Source of the DNA: Octopus vulgaris
Taxonomy: Eukaryota
Direction: 5' to 3'
NCBI GenBank assembly: GCA_951406725.2
Contig: OX597814.1
Span: 36,580,001 to 36,644,000, forward strand
Length of the DNA: 64,000 nt
The translations under genes and the position numbers were made by a program. Below the pieces are notes generated by a model, which saw only the letters and a list, made by a program, of their open reading frames with translations, did no database searches and was not told the origin of the DNA. Numbering within the stretch: the first letter of the stretch is position 1; each line of letters starts with the position of its first letter. Shown here in pieces: positions 38,637 through 51,900 of the stretch.

Positions 38637-39574
38637 TCTTGTGCAAACATTCTTATATGCGTTTTAGTATGGATGCATACGTAGTTCTATATGGATACAC
38701 GCACACAGTCTTACGCATACATACACATACATACAGGGATAAATGTATACATAAATAGATACACATCCGTTTGAGCGTGAATAGATTTATATAGGTTATT
38801 CATACCGCTACACAATATATATATACACGCACCAAGATATAGAAATGGGAGTGGAAAGAGAAAGAGGTATGTATGAATTTATGGTTGTAGATGGAATGAG
38901 TAAGTTAGTGATTCTACGACACTTAATTCCATTATTTTTATAGAATGTATTTTAAATATTTGCGTCTCCAGTAAGAAATAACATTAATTTGAAGAAATCT
39001 GTTCTGCCCTTTCTCACTCAGATTTATCTCCCCATTTCACATCTCTTATTTTGATAATATCATGTCTTCACTTTGCCGTTTTTGTTGTTATTCTCATCGC
39101 TGGATATAAACCAACTTACATACATATGTACACGTACACACACGCACACACACACACACACACACATATAAATACAGTGTACATTTAAACACATAAGAGA
39201 TGGCCATAATAGGACATCTAACCCGCTAGAAGGAGTAGTTAAAATATAAACAACTATTAGGGGTAATTTCGAAAGGGAAAGAAAAAGAAAAACATTTACC
39301 ATCTATTTCCTGTACCATGGTTTCAAGCTATCTTCAGCAAATAAAATAATTTGCTAGGCGCAGCTATCATTAGTAGGAAAGCCAAGATTAACATATAAAT
39401 ACGAGGCAATACAGAACATGCCACGTGCTTACATGGTATAATTTTTCAAATCCACCGAGCAAGCGTGGTTTTTTTTATCGGTATCAAATAAAAAAATGCC
39501 GAATTTCTTCCAAAATTAGTCAGAAAATCATTATATCATTATTAATAAATTTCAGGGTAGCAAATATATATATA

Positions 39575-39659
39575 AATATTACTCGTTTATTTGAATCGAT
39601 TGTTTACATGAATTGACTATATATAAATACCTAGTTATACATACATACATGCAAACAAA
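39575..39659. repeat. Right arm of the 85-bp inverted repeat
   Basis: Reverse complement of 36569-36653. Confidence 0.92.
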
Positions 39660-40120
39660 TCTCTGTGTGTGTGTTTGTATATAAAATGAGTCGAATATTC
39701 AAATTTGAATATTCATAACGATATTATTATTGGTAACATTATCTACGGTAAATATAAGTAATCGATAACAGCAACGATTATATAGGTGGTTAACAGGTAC
39801 TAAAGAGCATTAAATAGCTATACATTTTAAACTTGCGTTAAGCATAAGGGCATTCATACGCTATATCCGTTAAACATAGGAGTTAAATCCCTAAATAAAT
39901 CACCGGAAAGCACTGAGAATACGACGGAAAACAAACGTTAGCGGGCGAACGGTTACAGAATTCAAAACATACATTTGTAGATAATGTTACTCGGATATTC
40001 GTGTACCTAGGTTTCGGAATTTATATGTACATATTTATGTGTGTGTGTGTGTGTGTGTGTGTGCGTGCGTATGTATGTTTGTGCATACATATATATGTGT
40101 ATATATATATATATATGTGA

Positions 40121-40161
<41 letters not shown>

Positions 40162-40164
<3 letters not shown>

Positions 40165-41055
40165 ACTACATATGTGGGAAATTCCGTCTGTGGGTGTATT
40201 TGTGGAGTTGTTAGCTAACTCATCCTACATCGTTTTATCGATTTTTGATGAAACTTGACATGTGAGTAGAATTCATGTCTGGAAACTTCATGGCATACTC
40301 AGATTGTTGAAAAAAAACCGATGATAAGGCCCCTGGAAGGAATCTTTATATATGTCTAATATATTTAATTTTAACAACCAAGGGAAATAACCCATACAAC
40401 CTGATTTTAACAGCCAAGAGAAATAACCCATTCACTTTCCTAAATCATTTGGTAAAAACTAAATTGGGTATGCTTATTTCTTAGTATTTGAACTGTTAGA
40501 GTTATTTTCGCAATTTATCCTGTACAATCCTTAAACAAGTAAATGGTATTTTCCTAAACACTAGATCCAGTTATTTCGGTTAGTGACTTATTCACGAATA
40601 TACCAACACTAGCACCGCTGAGGGTAACATTCTATGGAACGCACAAAGTTATTTACTTTGAATTGATATTATCACATGTCTGATTAGCCTGTTATTACGT
40701 AATATGCTTCACGATTTTATTATACATACCTTATTAGTATTTCCTCCTAAGATGTATATACTCTAGGAACGCATTAAAGACGTTTTCGAGGCAACTTTCT
40801 TTGAATTCTTATTATCGGGTACTTAATTTCATGTTATTACATAACTGACTTCAAAGTTTGGGTATTCATGAATTATTGGGAATTCGTAAAAACAAGATCC
40901 TGTGTAAGGCACTTCGTTATTGTCTGTAAATGCATGGAAACCGTTTTAAGGGCTACATACTTTATATTGTTGTAATTGGATTAGCGAATGAATTATGAGA
41001 ACGGAACCAAAAGATAAGCCCCGCTTTCCCGGCATTTACCTGGTACGCCAGCTAG
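40162..41055 (+). mobile_element. Probable non-autonomous Helitron in a TA tract
   Basis: A|TC start and cccggcatttacctggtacgccagCTAG|T end, resembling the 13.7 kb element. Internal short duplication (attttaaca.ccaag.gaaataaccca). Confidence 0.6.
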
Positions 41056-41059
41056 TATA

Positions 41060-41125
<66 letters not shown>

Positions 41126-41141
41126 TATACATATGTACTTA

Positions 41142-41176
<35 letters not shown>

Positions 41177-41293
41177 ATATAAATATATATATATATATGT
41201 ATATACATGTATATATACATATACCTATGCATATACATACAGAAAAATGTTTATCTACTTATGCATGTATGTACAAGTCTATTCTTCTAATTG

Positions 41294-41668
41294 ACAGCAG
41301 CCATACTGAGGCATTACTTTAATGGGTTTTCTGACTCATATAGGACTCAGAAGTTATTCTTTGTAAGCCTAGTGCTTATTCTATCGGTGTCTTTGGCCGA
41401 ACCGCTAATTTACTTGGCGTAAACACCCCAACGTCGGGTGTGAAGCGATGGTGGGGGACAAACAGAGACACACAAATACATCCATACTTCCATCCATACA
41501 TGCGTGTATATATACGTGTATATATATATATATAAATATATATATACAACGGGCTTCTTTCAGTTTCCGTCTACCAAATCCTCTCACAAGGTTTTGGTCG
41601 GCCCGACGTGGGACTGAACCCGTTATCATATTGTTTGGAAGCAAGCTTCTTATAACACAGCCACTCCT
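41294..41668 (-). mobile_element. SINE family C copy with internal deletion
   Basis: Matches 19762-20170 but lacks the CORE-like segment. Confidence 0.85.
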
Positions 41669-42104
41669 TTAGTATATAGACGTCACGAAAGTGACAGAGT
41701 GTACTAAATAGTACCAGCATTGCTAGAAATAAGAGTCAAAGCAGCTCAATAGCCACAGAAGCTCTATCTTAATGACTGACAAAGGAGACAAGCGCTCTAC
41801 CGGTTATAGCCAGATCACCAGTGATTTCGAATTTTGATGCAGAACATCTTAATTCTCTTCGGTGTCTCTTACCACGCCTGGGGTTAAACTCAACTCGGCT
41901 TGTCAACTTATAAGAAGTCCGATATATGTATATATACATAAGTAGAGTTAATCGCCACATCAAATTGGTTGCCCCATGTTGCTACTAGTTTAACCTCAGG
42001 TAGATCTTCCGCCAGTTGTTTAGCGGTGCAGCATTTCACCCTGTACATATATATATTGCCAGCAGGGACGATGATCCCCTACCATCGTCCAGCAGACGAC
42101 GGGA

Positions 42105-42153
42105 TCGCGAGACTGATTCAGTTTCGAGTTAATTTTCTCATCTTCAGTCGCAA
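42105..42153 (-). ncRNA. Type I hammerhead ribozyme
   Basis: UUGCGA CUGAAGA U GAG AAAAUUAA CUC GAAA CUG AAU CAG UC UCGCGA: intact CUGANGA and GAAA boxes, stems I, II and III all pair, GUC cleavage triplet (predicted cut between 42111 and 42110). Confidence 0.75.
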
Positions 42154-42343
42154 ACACCTGGTCGCCAGAGAGATGTTCAGTGCCCGCTCCAGCTAGTAAT
42201 ATTATGTAAACGAAGCGACCATCGGTCACTGATTTGCAACCAGCAAAGTAGCTAGCTGTTAAATCTCGAGATGAGAGTAGTATATAATACATACATACAT
42301 ACACACATACATGTATACATACATACATACATACATACATACA

Positions 42344-42433
<90 letters not shown>

Positions 42434-42438
<5 letters not shown>

Positions 42439-42657
42439 AATCCAAACGGGAAAACAGAAAAAACAACAACACGTGGAACAATTACAGTATTATTATTAAT
42501 AGGCGCTCAGGAAAGATGGAAGCAGGAAGGTATGACGTTTCGAGCGGAGCACTTCGTCGGAAACATAAAGATGGAAGAGAGAGGAAAGAAAGATCCCGAG
42601 GTGGGCAAACAGAGGGAGAAAAAAAAAGCGACTGGTGTTTACGAAGTACACATGGTG
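42434..42657 (-). mobile_element. Hammerhead-bearing pLTR-like repeat (motif at 42530-42564)
   Basis: Homologous to 8619-8830 and flanked by (TA)n. Motif GUUU CCGACGA A GUGC UCC GCUC GAAAC GUC AUAC. Confidence 0.7.
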
Positions 42658-43635
42658 ATATATATATATATATATATATATATACATGCTTCATTTTGTT
42701 TGAAGCGTTGAGAGGTTTGAAAATAAGTAGTTTTAAGAAGCTAAGCAAAGACAATTGGATCTAAAATATTTCGTAATATATGTGTGATAAAAACGCAATT
42801 GGACAGATAAAGTACACAGAATCGCCTGTGAGAATCGAACATGTGCCTGCTATATGATGAACAACTGCGATGTCTCTATACAGATGGAAACCAATTAATT
42901 GCTGTTTTATTTGTATAAGCAAGAAAATACATATACATTTTGATTCGATTAAATACTAAAACAAAACCTCTGTTGAAATGATCATAGGCGATATACCTAA
43001 GCGAGTATTATTTGGTAGCATCAGCTGCTTTCACTAATCATTCAGGTATCTACGTAGTTCTGAGTAGACAGGCACATACTCGCATTTCTGCAGTTTAACC
43101 CTAGCAAAATCGGGCATAAGACAACTGTAGGTAGAGACGGCGTCACCTGTACTAGGTTGGTGCCTCTTTTCAGCTGACAAGATTGGAGCAACACGAAATA
43201 TAAGGCTTTACTCAAGGACAATCCTCTGTCCAATTCAAAATTCGAATTCTCCTTGTCATCGTGATCCCAGCCTCATAGCTTCAAGTGTTGTTAGTTTCTT
43301 ATACATCAGGTAAAAACATCCTTTCATGGAAACAAGAGAACAAAATCCGGGCCAATAAAACAATGAACCAGTCAAACTAACACTATCGATTAAGACAATC
43401 TCGTCACAAATATTTGTCGATGCTAGTAACAAGTATTGTTGTTGGGTCTATCATTATCCCCTCATATATTTGTTTTCCTATTTCACACCAGACGATATAC
43501 CAAATAAAACCAAGAAATTCTTATGCAAATTAGTTTGAATTAGTCTCACTTCCGTTACTCTGATTTAATAATTAATGATATAATTGTTTAATCGTTCGTG
43601 TAAATAATTTTTGCACTAGTCATCTTTACCCATCA

Positions 43636-43675
<40 letters not shown>

Positions 43676-43839
43676 TATATATGTATATATATGTGCGTGT
43701 ATGTGTCGGTGTGTGTATGGGCGCGCGAATCCAACAAATGCGTACTTGTGTATGTTAAATGTAAGTGTGCGTGTGTATCTTTGTATATATGTGTGGCTTG
43801 ATTCTCTTCATTAGTGTTTAATTGGCTCAATCACCAGTG

Positions 43840-44030
43840 CATTGGAAAATGCTATGATGTGTTTTTTCCGACTGTATATGTTCTGAGTTCAAATTTCGCA
43901 GAGATCTATTTTGGTGTTAATCCCCTTTGGAGTCGCTCAAATAAAGTACTTGTCACGACTTTGAGGTCGATGTAATCGACTAAACTCTGCTCCCAAGCCT
44001 CTAGCTTTATGCCTGTGTCAGAAACAATTA
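43840..44030 (+). mobile_element. Diverged SINE A
   Basis: ttctgagttcaaatt...gaggtcgatgtaatcgactaa. Confidence 0.6.
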
Positions 44031-47000
44031 TTTGAAATGTTTACTTCATCTTAGCCACTGAATAATAGAAAAACAATTAATGGCTTAGAATCATTTATCC
44101 CCATTAACTCGCACTTAGTGATTTACTTGAAAAACAAAAATAAACTAATGAATTTCAATTCAGATTACGATTCTTTACGATGATTTAATTCGTTAATGCT
44201 TTAAATCTTATATTTGTTTAATATTATTTATTAACTGAAGAAAATCTATCTTGATTTAATTTGTATAATAACATATTTTAAAATTGTTTTTCTGTAACTC
44301 TAAACTTCAATGGAAATCCTCCTGTTCCATTAAACCAACCGTCATCCAGAGGATAATGAATGATGACGATGATGATGATGATGATAGTGCTGAAGTTAAG
44401 ATTTATTTGTTAAGTATAATCAATTCAGTAATCAATGCTTTCTTTAATTTAAATTTTTCAGTTGTTCCAATAAATTTCGCATGGTAATGATGATGACGGT
44501 GATGGTGGTGATTATAGGGTTAATATTAAAACGCACTCTGGAAATTTAGGACTATTCACCCAACCATTTATTTCGTTAATTCATTGAATAATTTATCCTC
44601 TTCAATGTTGTTATTCATTCATTTACCTGTTCCATGAGTAGTCTTAAAAATATCATTTTGAAATAATTAAATCCACTTTGCTTTATCAATGTAATGCATT
44701 GCATGAAATTATTACGTACTCCCAGTTATTTTTGAAAGAAAACATACAATTTAACGTTATCGAATATTCAAACAACTGAAGAATAATAGCTTTACAATAC
44801 ATATGAAGTATATTCGTAAGTATCTGAAATATGGTAAGTCAGAAAGTTTTGATAGCTAGCTAAAAACAAGTTGAAATACGATGTACATTTATATATTCAT
44901 GTGTCAGATGCAGAAAATAAGATATGCTTATGTATTCACATATCAAATATGATCATGGTTATCGCTAATAAACTTTATATGTTGATTGAATAAATGATTT
45001 TTTTTTAATATGTGAAAAATATCCGTGGTATGGCAAATTCGTTTTGTGCGAAAGAAAATATTATATTTGGTACCAGGAAAGTCCTCAGTACACATAGCAC
45101 CTCTTTAGCGAATATTTCTGAATCTTGATATTTCGTTGCAAATTATAAAAGGCTAAAATTCGCTGTAACAATTCCTCGAACCAGTCGTATAGAGGTGGCT
45201 GTAATTTTTATAATGGAAAAAAATCAACGTTATAATTATCTGAGATTCAAGCGGATGTATATTAGCACAAATCATGCTTAAGTTATAGCATCTTATAACC
45301 CTGTACGTCAGATTCAAATCCCAGTTACAATAATTTCAAAGTGATCGAGACTAGAGAAAGACATTGATGTCGTAAAATATTGAGTCCTCTCTTCACCCTT
45401 GCTGCTTCCTCTCTATTCTTCCGATAATTATGCTCTTTCTTCTTTTTACTCTCAATCTTAGAAGAATCTATTTATTTATTTACCAATTTAAGATAACTTT
45501 CCATCTTCTATTAAACGGGATATATTTGCGTATGTATGTATGTACGTACGTATGTACGTTTGTATGTACGTATGTATAAATGTATGAATTTCAGAATCTA
45601 CGAAATATATAAAAATATGTATGTGACTGTATCTGTGTGTTCGTGCGTGTGGATGTGTATATGAATGCTTAATAATTCGATTTAATCTAATTTTCCCCAG
45701 GTTGTAGTCTATATTCTTCTCTATAAAGCCACTTTTATCAACTTTTGATTAGTTTATAGTGTGCATATTTTAACATTATGGCTCCAATCAGTTACTTTTC
45801 ATTCCATTGATAGCAATATTACTAAAAATACAAAAAGAACAGAGATTAGAATCGAATGACTATAGGAATGTATGGAATCATAAACTTATGTACATGATTT
45901 TATATATGTGTGTGCATGAGTGCGTGCAGCTGTGCGGGTAAATATATGTTGTGCAGATTGGAGGGCCTGTGCATTTCATACGAATAAATTCACGTAAAAA
46001 TTCTAAATCCATAATGTTGAGTTTGATAATTTAATTCGAAGTTAAATTATCTTGAAACATTATTTTGAGTTTCACGTTCCCGTTTATTCAAACGATTGAG
46101 ATATCAAATCAGCTTGAGAACATGTACACAAAATTTTCATAAACGCATCGAAATAACATTAATCATCAAAGTTTATTTGATTGCCATAAACTCTTCCAAT
46201 ATTATGTGCAGAATAGGAGATATATTCATTTACACAGTTGGAAAAAAAACACATTTAAAATCACGTGTTAACTCCATTTTATGTTTCAAAAGTACGAAAG
46301 CAAAAATGAAACCATTGCTTATCTAAATTTTCACTGACGAATATCTTACGTTGATAAAAACTAAAAGAGTTACGTTAATAAGAACCCACTCGCTTATACA
46401 TCAATGTGTGTGTCATACTTAAAGCATATTTAAAATTGAAGGCCTAATTAACTACATCATTCATCCTGCAATGATATTTCTTATAGACGTAGAATGTTAT
46501 AAAAAAAACATTTAAATATATCAGTAACAGCCGGAAACTGTTCATCAGCCGTATATATACTAGCAAAATACCGGGCATTATCGTAACAGGAAAAGTTGCT
46601 AGAAATGACACAAAATTGTTCACAAGGAAGATACAATCCAGTTAATGGGACTCTATAATTTCTCTTGGTAAATTACGTTTCCCATAACGAGTAAAACTAT
46701 TTCTAATATGTTTTAAGGAGTCCCGTTTTCAATGCACCGCGTTACTGATACGTTTTCAATATCATCCGTATTTTAATACGTAAAAGATATATATCTTTTT
46801 GCAAGATATTAAATAAGAACACATCATGAAGTGAATGCGAAAACTTTTATTGTATTAGAAACGAATTTTAAACGTAGTATATTATTTTTCATTCACGGAA
46901 TTGTTTAATCCTTAAATTAATGTAAGGAAGGTTTAAAAAGTGCTATCTGATGAGGTTAACCAAAAATGGATATATATTCTTATAACCCGTGAAAACCAGT

Positions 47001-47074
47001 ACACAGAGGAGGACCTCGTCCAAATTGTGAAAGTGTAACACACACACACACACACACAGACACACAGATACACA

Positions 47075-47111
<37 letters not shown>

Positions 47112-47496
47112 ACACCACACACGACTTGCATACTTCTTGTTAATACGTTCCAGCAGATTCGAATGTCAAAAAGCTAATCGCTGCTGTGTTCACCAGGAAA
47201 AGAGTTTCAACGTTTCACGTCCAGGACTAGTAATTTACTCTCGGATCCAAGGAGATCGACTGTTCTCGAGACCCAGGCCTTTCCAAAACTGTACCGAGAC
47301 TCCGTTTATTATTCGAAGCCGAATAAGAGATGCGAAGGTCTCAAAGCGTTTAAAATGATTAACAAGGCGCGTTGGATAGGTTCTGGTAAGTGATATGTTA
47401 TTCTCCCTAAATATATCGGGCAAAGAGTGCATTCTCTGTCACGTACGGAAAATATGATGTGCTTGAGCTCGAGGGATTTGTTTTTGAAGAGAACAT

Positions 47497-47947
47497 TCAT
47501 ATTTCCGAATTGCTTTGCGCTATATCTGCCTCTATTTCTTTGAGGAATTTCGTCGACATGCAGCAATATGTCACTATATTCCGACCAGTTACAGTCAAAA
47601 TCTCAGCGAGGATTGCAATTTTGGCTCTTCTATTCATTTTCACAAGTTGTACCACCTCTATCAGGTGTATCTCCTTAGCGTTTAAGAAGAGAGAGAAGTC
47701 TTGTGTTGATTTCGTCGCCATTCTAGCAAAAGATTGCCTACCCGTGGAAACGCCATCACCATTTACTTTGTTGCCGTCGTTCTTCTTATTCTTGCTGCTG
47801 CCACTGTTATTGGTGTTGGCGTCGCTTATGCTGTTGTCGAAGAAATTGCTTTTGTTTCTTTTATTGTTATAACTGATGTCACTGTTGTTTTTGCTACTGT
47901 TACTGCTATTGCAGTTGATGAAGAAATGCTTCCCTACACTAAACCCT
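47497..47947 (-). CDS. Candidate coding exon (N/S-rich open frame), product unknown
   Basis: Stop-free for about 150 codons: GFSVGKHFFINCNSSNSSKNNSD...RMATKSTQDFS...QSNSEI*. GC is elevated. No family recognised. Confidence 0.25.
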
Positions 47948-48102
47948 CATTTAATAAACATTTAAGATAAAATAGTTATATCATATTCATGCGACGGACA
48001 ACCCGTCCTATCTTTTGTTATCATATTTTGTTAAACATTTCATCAATTCATTAAATAAATTCTCTGAACGAGATTTAAACAGTAACCGCTCGACAACGTA
48101 AA

Positions 48103-48284
48103 GTATACTAGCAATCTCAATATGGCTAACCACTAAGGGTGGGTGTTACTGTAGCTTTTAGCCTCAGGAGATCATTGTCTCCAGGAGTGTGCCTAAAGTC
48201 AGCTGGAGACGATGATCTCCTGGGGCTAAAAGCTACAGTAACACCCACCCTTAGTGGTTAGCCATATTGTGATGGCTAGTATAC
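48103..48284. mobile_element. Fold-back MITE-like palindrome
   Basis: 82-bp arms (48103-48184 and 48203-48284), four mismatches by eye, 18-nt loop. Confidence 0.92.
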
Positions 48285-48399
48285 ATTAAATAAGTTATTA
48301 TTTTGAAAATCTTGTGAAGACCGAAATACACGGCCACCTGTAAGAAATTACACGCGGTTGGATGTGATGATTAACACATAGATGCATTAGTTAGCATAC

Positions 48400-49300
48400 G
48401 TACATAGATACATTCTTATTTACTGCTACGACGCTGAGTAGCATATCTTGATACAGTAATATTTCCTCTATTGTAACAATTCTTCCAGAACTTTTTCATT
48501 GCGGTCAAATAATGAGTTACAAGCAGCATTGATTTCTTGACAAAGGCTACAGGTTGTTTACAGAGATGACACCATTTGCAAGAGAATGTGCTCTCATGCA
48601 CGAAGAAGTTTAATGAAGTTCTAGCACACAGCGCATTGGAGATCAACCACACAATGGGATTTCGTCAACCGTAACTGCTCACACGAATCGCCAACGAGTT
48701 GAAGAATTGAATTGTGCGGACAATGAGTCATAAGCCTGTCGCACAAGTGGAAAATAGTCACAACGAATTACAGAAGACTGCCAACAACGTTTTGCATTGT
48801 TAAGTATGTGCAAAATCAGTATCTTCGCTGGTGATAACCAATGTGAAGGAGGAAAGCGTGAAATTCTACGGTGATCTGTTGGACGCGTGTGAAACCAACA
48901 AGGGTTACAACGTGCCCATATCGTTATGAAGAAGAATGCAAAAAGAGTTCACATTTCTATGACAATGCGTGTCAACTCATTCTTGGTAACGAATTTAGCT
49001 ATTGACAAATCGGACTTGTCACTGATTCAACGTCTACTGTACAACCTGGATCTAGTGATCTCTGGTTCTCACACCTGTTTGCTTCTAAATCGTGACAACG
49101 GTTGGAGGACACAGGCAATGTGAAAGCAGCTATAAAGAATTAGATACAGCAGTGCACACCTGATTTTTTTGTATATAATGGAGAGGTGGATTCAATGGTG
49201 GTGCAAACGCATTGTATGCCACGGGGACTTTATTAAATTGGTTTGTATAGTGAAAGAGATGTACTACGTCAATAAGTCATGTCAGTTAATAAAAGTCTTG
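48400..49300 (+). mobile_element. Heavily decayed mariner transposase remnant
   Basis: tacaacctggatctagtgatctctggttctcac is YSPDLAPSDFH-like, and caatggtggtgcaaacgcatt...ggggacttt resembles the RW.KC...GDY C-terminus. Boundaries approximate. Confidence 0.55.
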
Positions 49301-49520
49301 CCTTCTTTTCTCTTTTTTTTTGCATTATTCTCGTACGACTAAATCTCGTTGAATATGAATATGAATCTACGTTTTGAAAAGGATAATGACTTACCAGAAT
49401 TAACAATTTCATAGTACCTTTATATATTTACCATAAAATCCAGAGTTAATACCTATCTTCTTCTTAGCACATGCAGACACACAACACTCACACATCCGCA
49501 CAAAAAAGAAGAAAGATAGA

Positions 49521-49562
<42 letters not shown>

Positions 49563-49600
49563 CCTACCCTATCACACACATATAGGTGTATACACACACT

Positions 49601-49638
<38 letters not shown>

Positions 49639-49790
49639 ATGTGTGAAGTTTTAAATTTGCTAGTATTCTTACAAAATGTGTGGTAAATTTCTTGTTGCTC
49701 GATATGTGATGTTAATACTCCCTCTGTCTTCTCACGTTTCTTTCTTATTCCTCGCTCACTCTCTCACTATGTATATTGATATGTATATAT

Positions 49791-50197
49791 GGGTGCAGGT
49801 ATGGCTATATGATAAGAGGTTTGCTACCCACCCAAATGGTCCCGAGTTCAATCCTGCTGCGTGGCATCTTGGGCAAGTGTCTTCTACTATGTCTTTGGGC
49901 CTACCAAAATATTGCGAGTGGATTTGTTAGACAGAAACTGAAAGAAATCCGTACGTGCGTGTATGTGTATGTGTGTATGTGTATATGTGTGATTTCCTTT
50001 GTGTGTGCCTTTGTACCTGTGTTTTCCCCCTCTACCTCAGGACAACCGGTGTTAGTGTGTTTATGTGCCTGTAACATAGCGCTTTGGCAAAAGAGATGAA
50101 TAGAATAAATGCTTGGCTTGATAAAATATGTACTGGTGTCGAGTCATTCGACCAAAAATCCTCCTTGGCTGCAGTTCAATCACTAAAACAAATAAAA
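49791..50197 (+). mobile_element. SINE family C, diverged
   Basis: gcgtggcatcttgggcaagtgtcttctactat and the family C tail. Confidence 0.8.
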
Positions 50198-50309
50198 GAT
50201 TGTATATATAAATACTTGATCGTGTGCTTGTACAAACTCACACACATATGTAAAGACGTACTAACTGAGTCATTATAGTGTCGATATGATACTTTGCATT
50301 ATTTCATAT

Positions 50310-50520
50310 CTGAAGTGGCAAGCTGTCAGTATAGTAGGTACGCCGGATAAAGTTAGATACTAGCATTTCTTCACTGTTTACGTTCTGAATCCAACTTACG
50401 CCAATGTCACTTCGACTTTTATCCTTTTGGGGTCGATGAAGTAAGTACCATTTGAGCAGTGGGATCGAGATAATCGACTAGCTGCTCCTCTACAATGTCT
50501 ATAATAGAAAAGATTATTCA
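50310..50520 (+). mobile_element. SINE family A, diverged
   Basis: tacgttctgaatcc...atccttttggggtcgatgaagtaagtacca...taatcgacta. Confidence 0.7.
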
Positions 50521-50624
50521 TTTTCTCTCCGCACTAAAACAAATCCAGGTGAGCCTGCCCTTCGTTCTTTTGGTGCTGCAAGACAGATTATCTCTCAATT
50601 GCGATGGTTAAAAAAAATAGTTAC

Positions 50625-50839
50625 CGCGTTGGATGAAAGTTTTGCATTATATGTTGCGAGTCATTGCTTTCTGATTCCAAGTTCTCCACTCTGCTGGATT
50701 CCCATGTTGGGAAAATTAACATCGGGTCTTTAGGTGAAAGAAAGCCAATTGATAAAGCTTCAAAGATCTCTCCGAAACTAATGAAACGAGATTTTTTAAG
50801 AGCCTTATTCTCTCGGCTAGTTGAAGGAATATCTTCCAT
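50625..50839 (-). CDS. Candidate first coding exon, product unknown
   Basis: ATG-initiated 72-aa non-repetitive frame (MEDIPSTSRENK...FHPTR) ending at CG|GTAACT, a plausible donor. No homology recognised. Confidence 0.2.
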
Positions 50840-51599
50840 TTTCTTATCTTACGCTTCTTGGTTACTGCTTTTCAAATATGTCAGGTTTTGTATAACAAAT
50901 ATTATATATCCAGCACTTCACCGGCAGAGACAAATTTTACAGTTAAGTGGTCCAATTCTTGATAGATTTTGAGCCTGCGCTAAAAATATGTCATTTAGCA
51001 TGCGCAAGTAATATACAAATTTCAAGAGAAATGCATCAAAACTGTTAGCCTCAGAGGAAATCAGATTGAGAAAAAGTATGAGAAAATGCTTTCACACTGT
51101 AACACATATATACATTAAGTAATCAGAAATTTATGTTAAATACGTATCATCAATGGTGTCATATCCTTCTTTTATGAACGAATCAAGTCTGAGATTCTTA
51201 AGTGTATAAAATTAGATTATTACCGTTTGTATTTCTTGTAAATCGTATTATGTTAAAATTATAAATATCATAATTATATTGCATTTTATTTATTTTGGCT
51301 TGTATTCTCTTTATTTGAGCTGAAATTTGAGTATAAAATAAATGAAACGTTTATCATATATTTTCTCAAGATTCAAGCCAGTGGCTAAATTCCTTTAAAA
51401 TGTTCATAGATTGAACGCTTTCAAATATATGAACATTCCGATTTTTAAAGTTAATAGCTGTATTTATGTTGTCAGTTTAATGACTTTGAGCATGCGCAAA
51501 TTCAAAATTAATTGAAATATCAAGTACAAGATAGCAATGAGCAATACATGTTAAATTTATGCATGTATATTTATGTGTAAAGACAACTATTTTTGCACC

Positions 51600-51625
51600 A
51601 ATACACACACGTATGTGTGTATATG

Positions 51626-51679
<54 letters not shown>

Positions 51680-51850
51680 CATACACATTTATGTACTTGT
51701 TGTATGTGCTTATATATGTGTATTTGTGTAAATATATGTATGCGTATATATACATGTATGAATGTACGTATATATATACATACATATATATACGTATATA
51801 TATATACATACATATATATACGTATATATATATATGTATATATATATATG

Positions 51851-51882
<32 letters not shown>

Positions 51883-51900
51883 GATTGAGACAGAGACAAA
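51600..51900. repeat. TA/TATG/AG low-complexity tract
   Basis: Directly visible. Confidence 0.93.

Noticed and set aside
46521-46550. CUGAUGA followed by an ACAG/CUGU stem on the minus strand
   Set aside because: No GAAA box or stem III follows.
46945-46972. ctgatgaggttaaccaaaa hammerhead-like motif (similar case at ~46334)
   Set aside because: GAAA is replaced by AAAA and there is no stem I or III.
47734-47970. Hydrophobic membrane-like plus-strand ORFs
   Set aside because: Antisense reading of the AAC/AGC-rich minus-strand frame.
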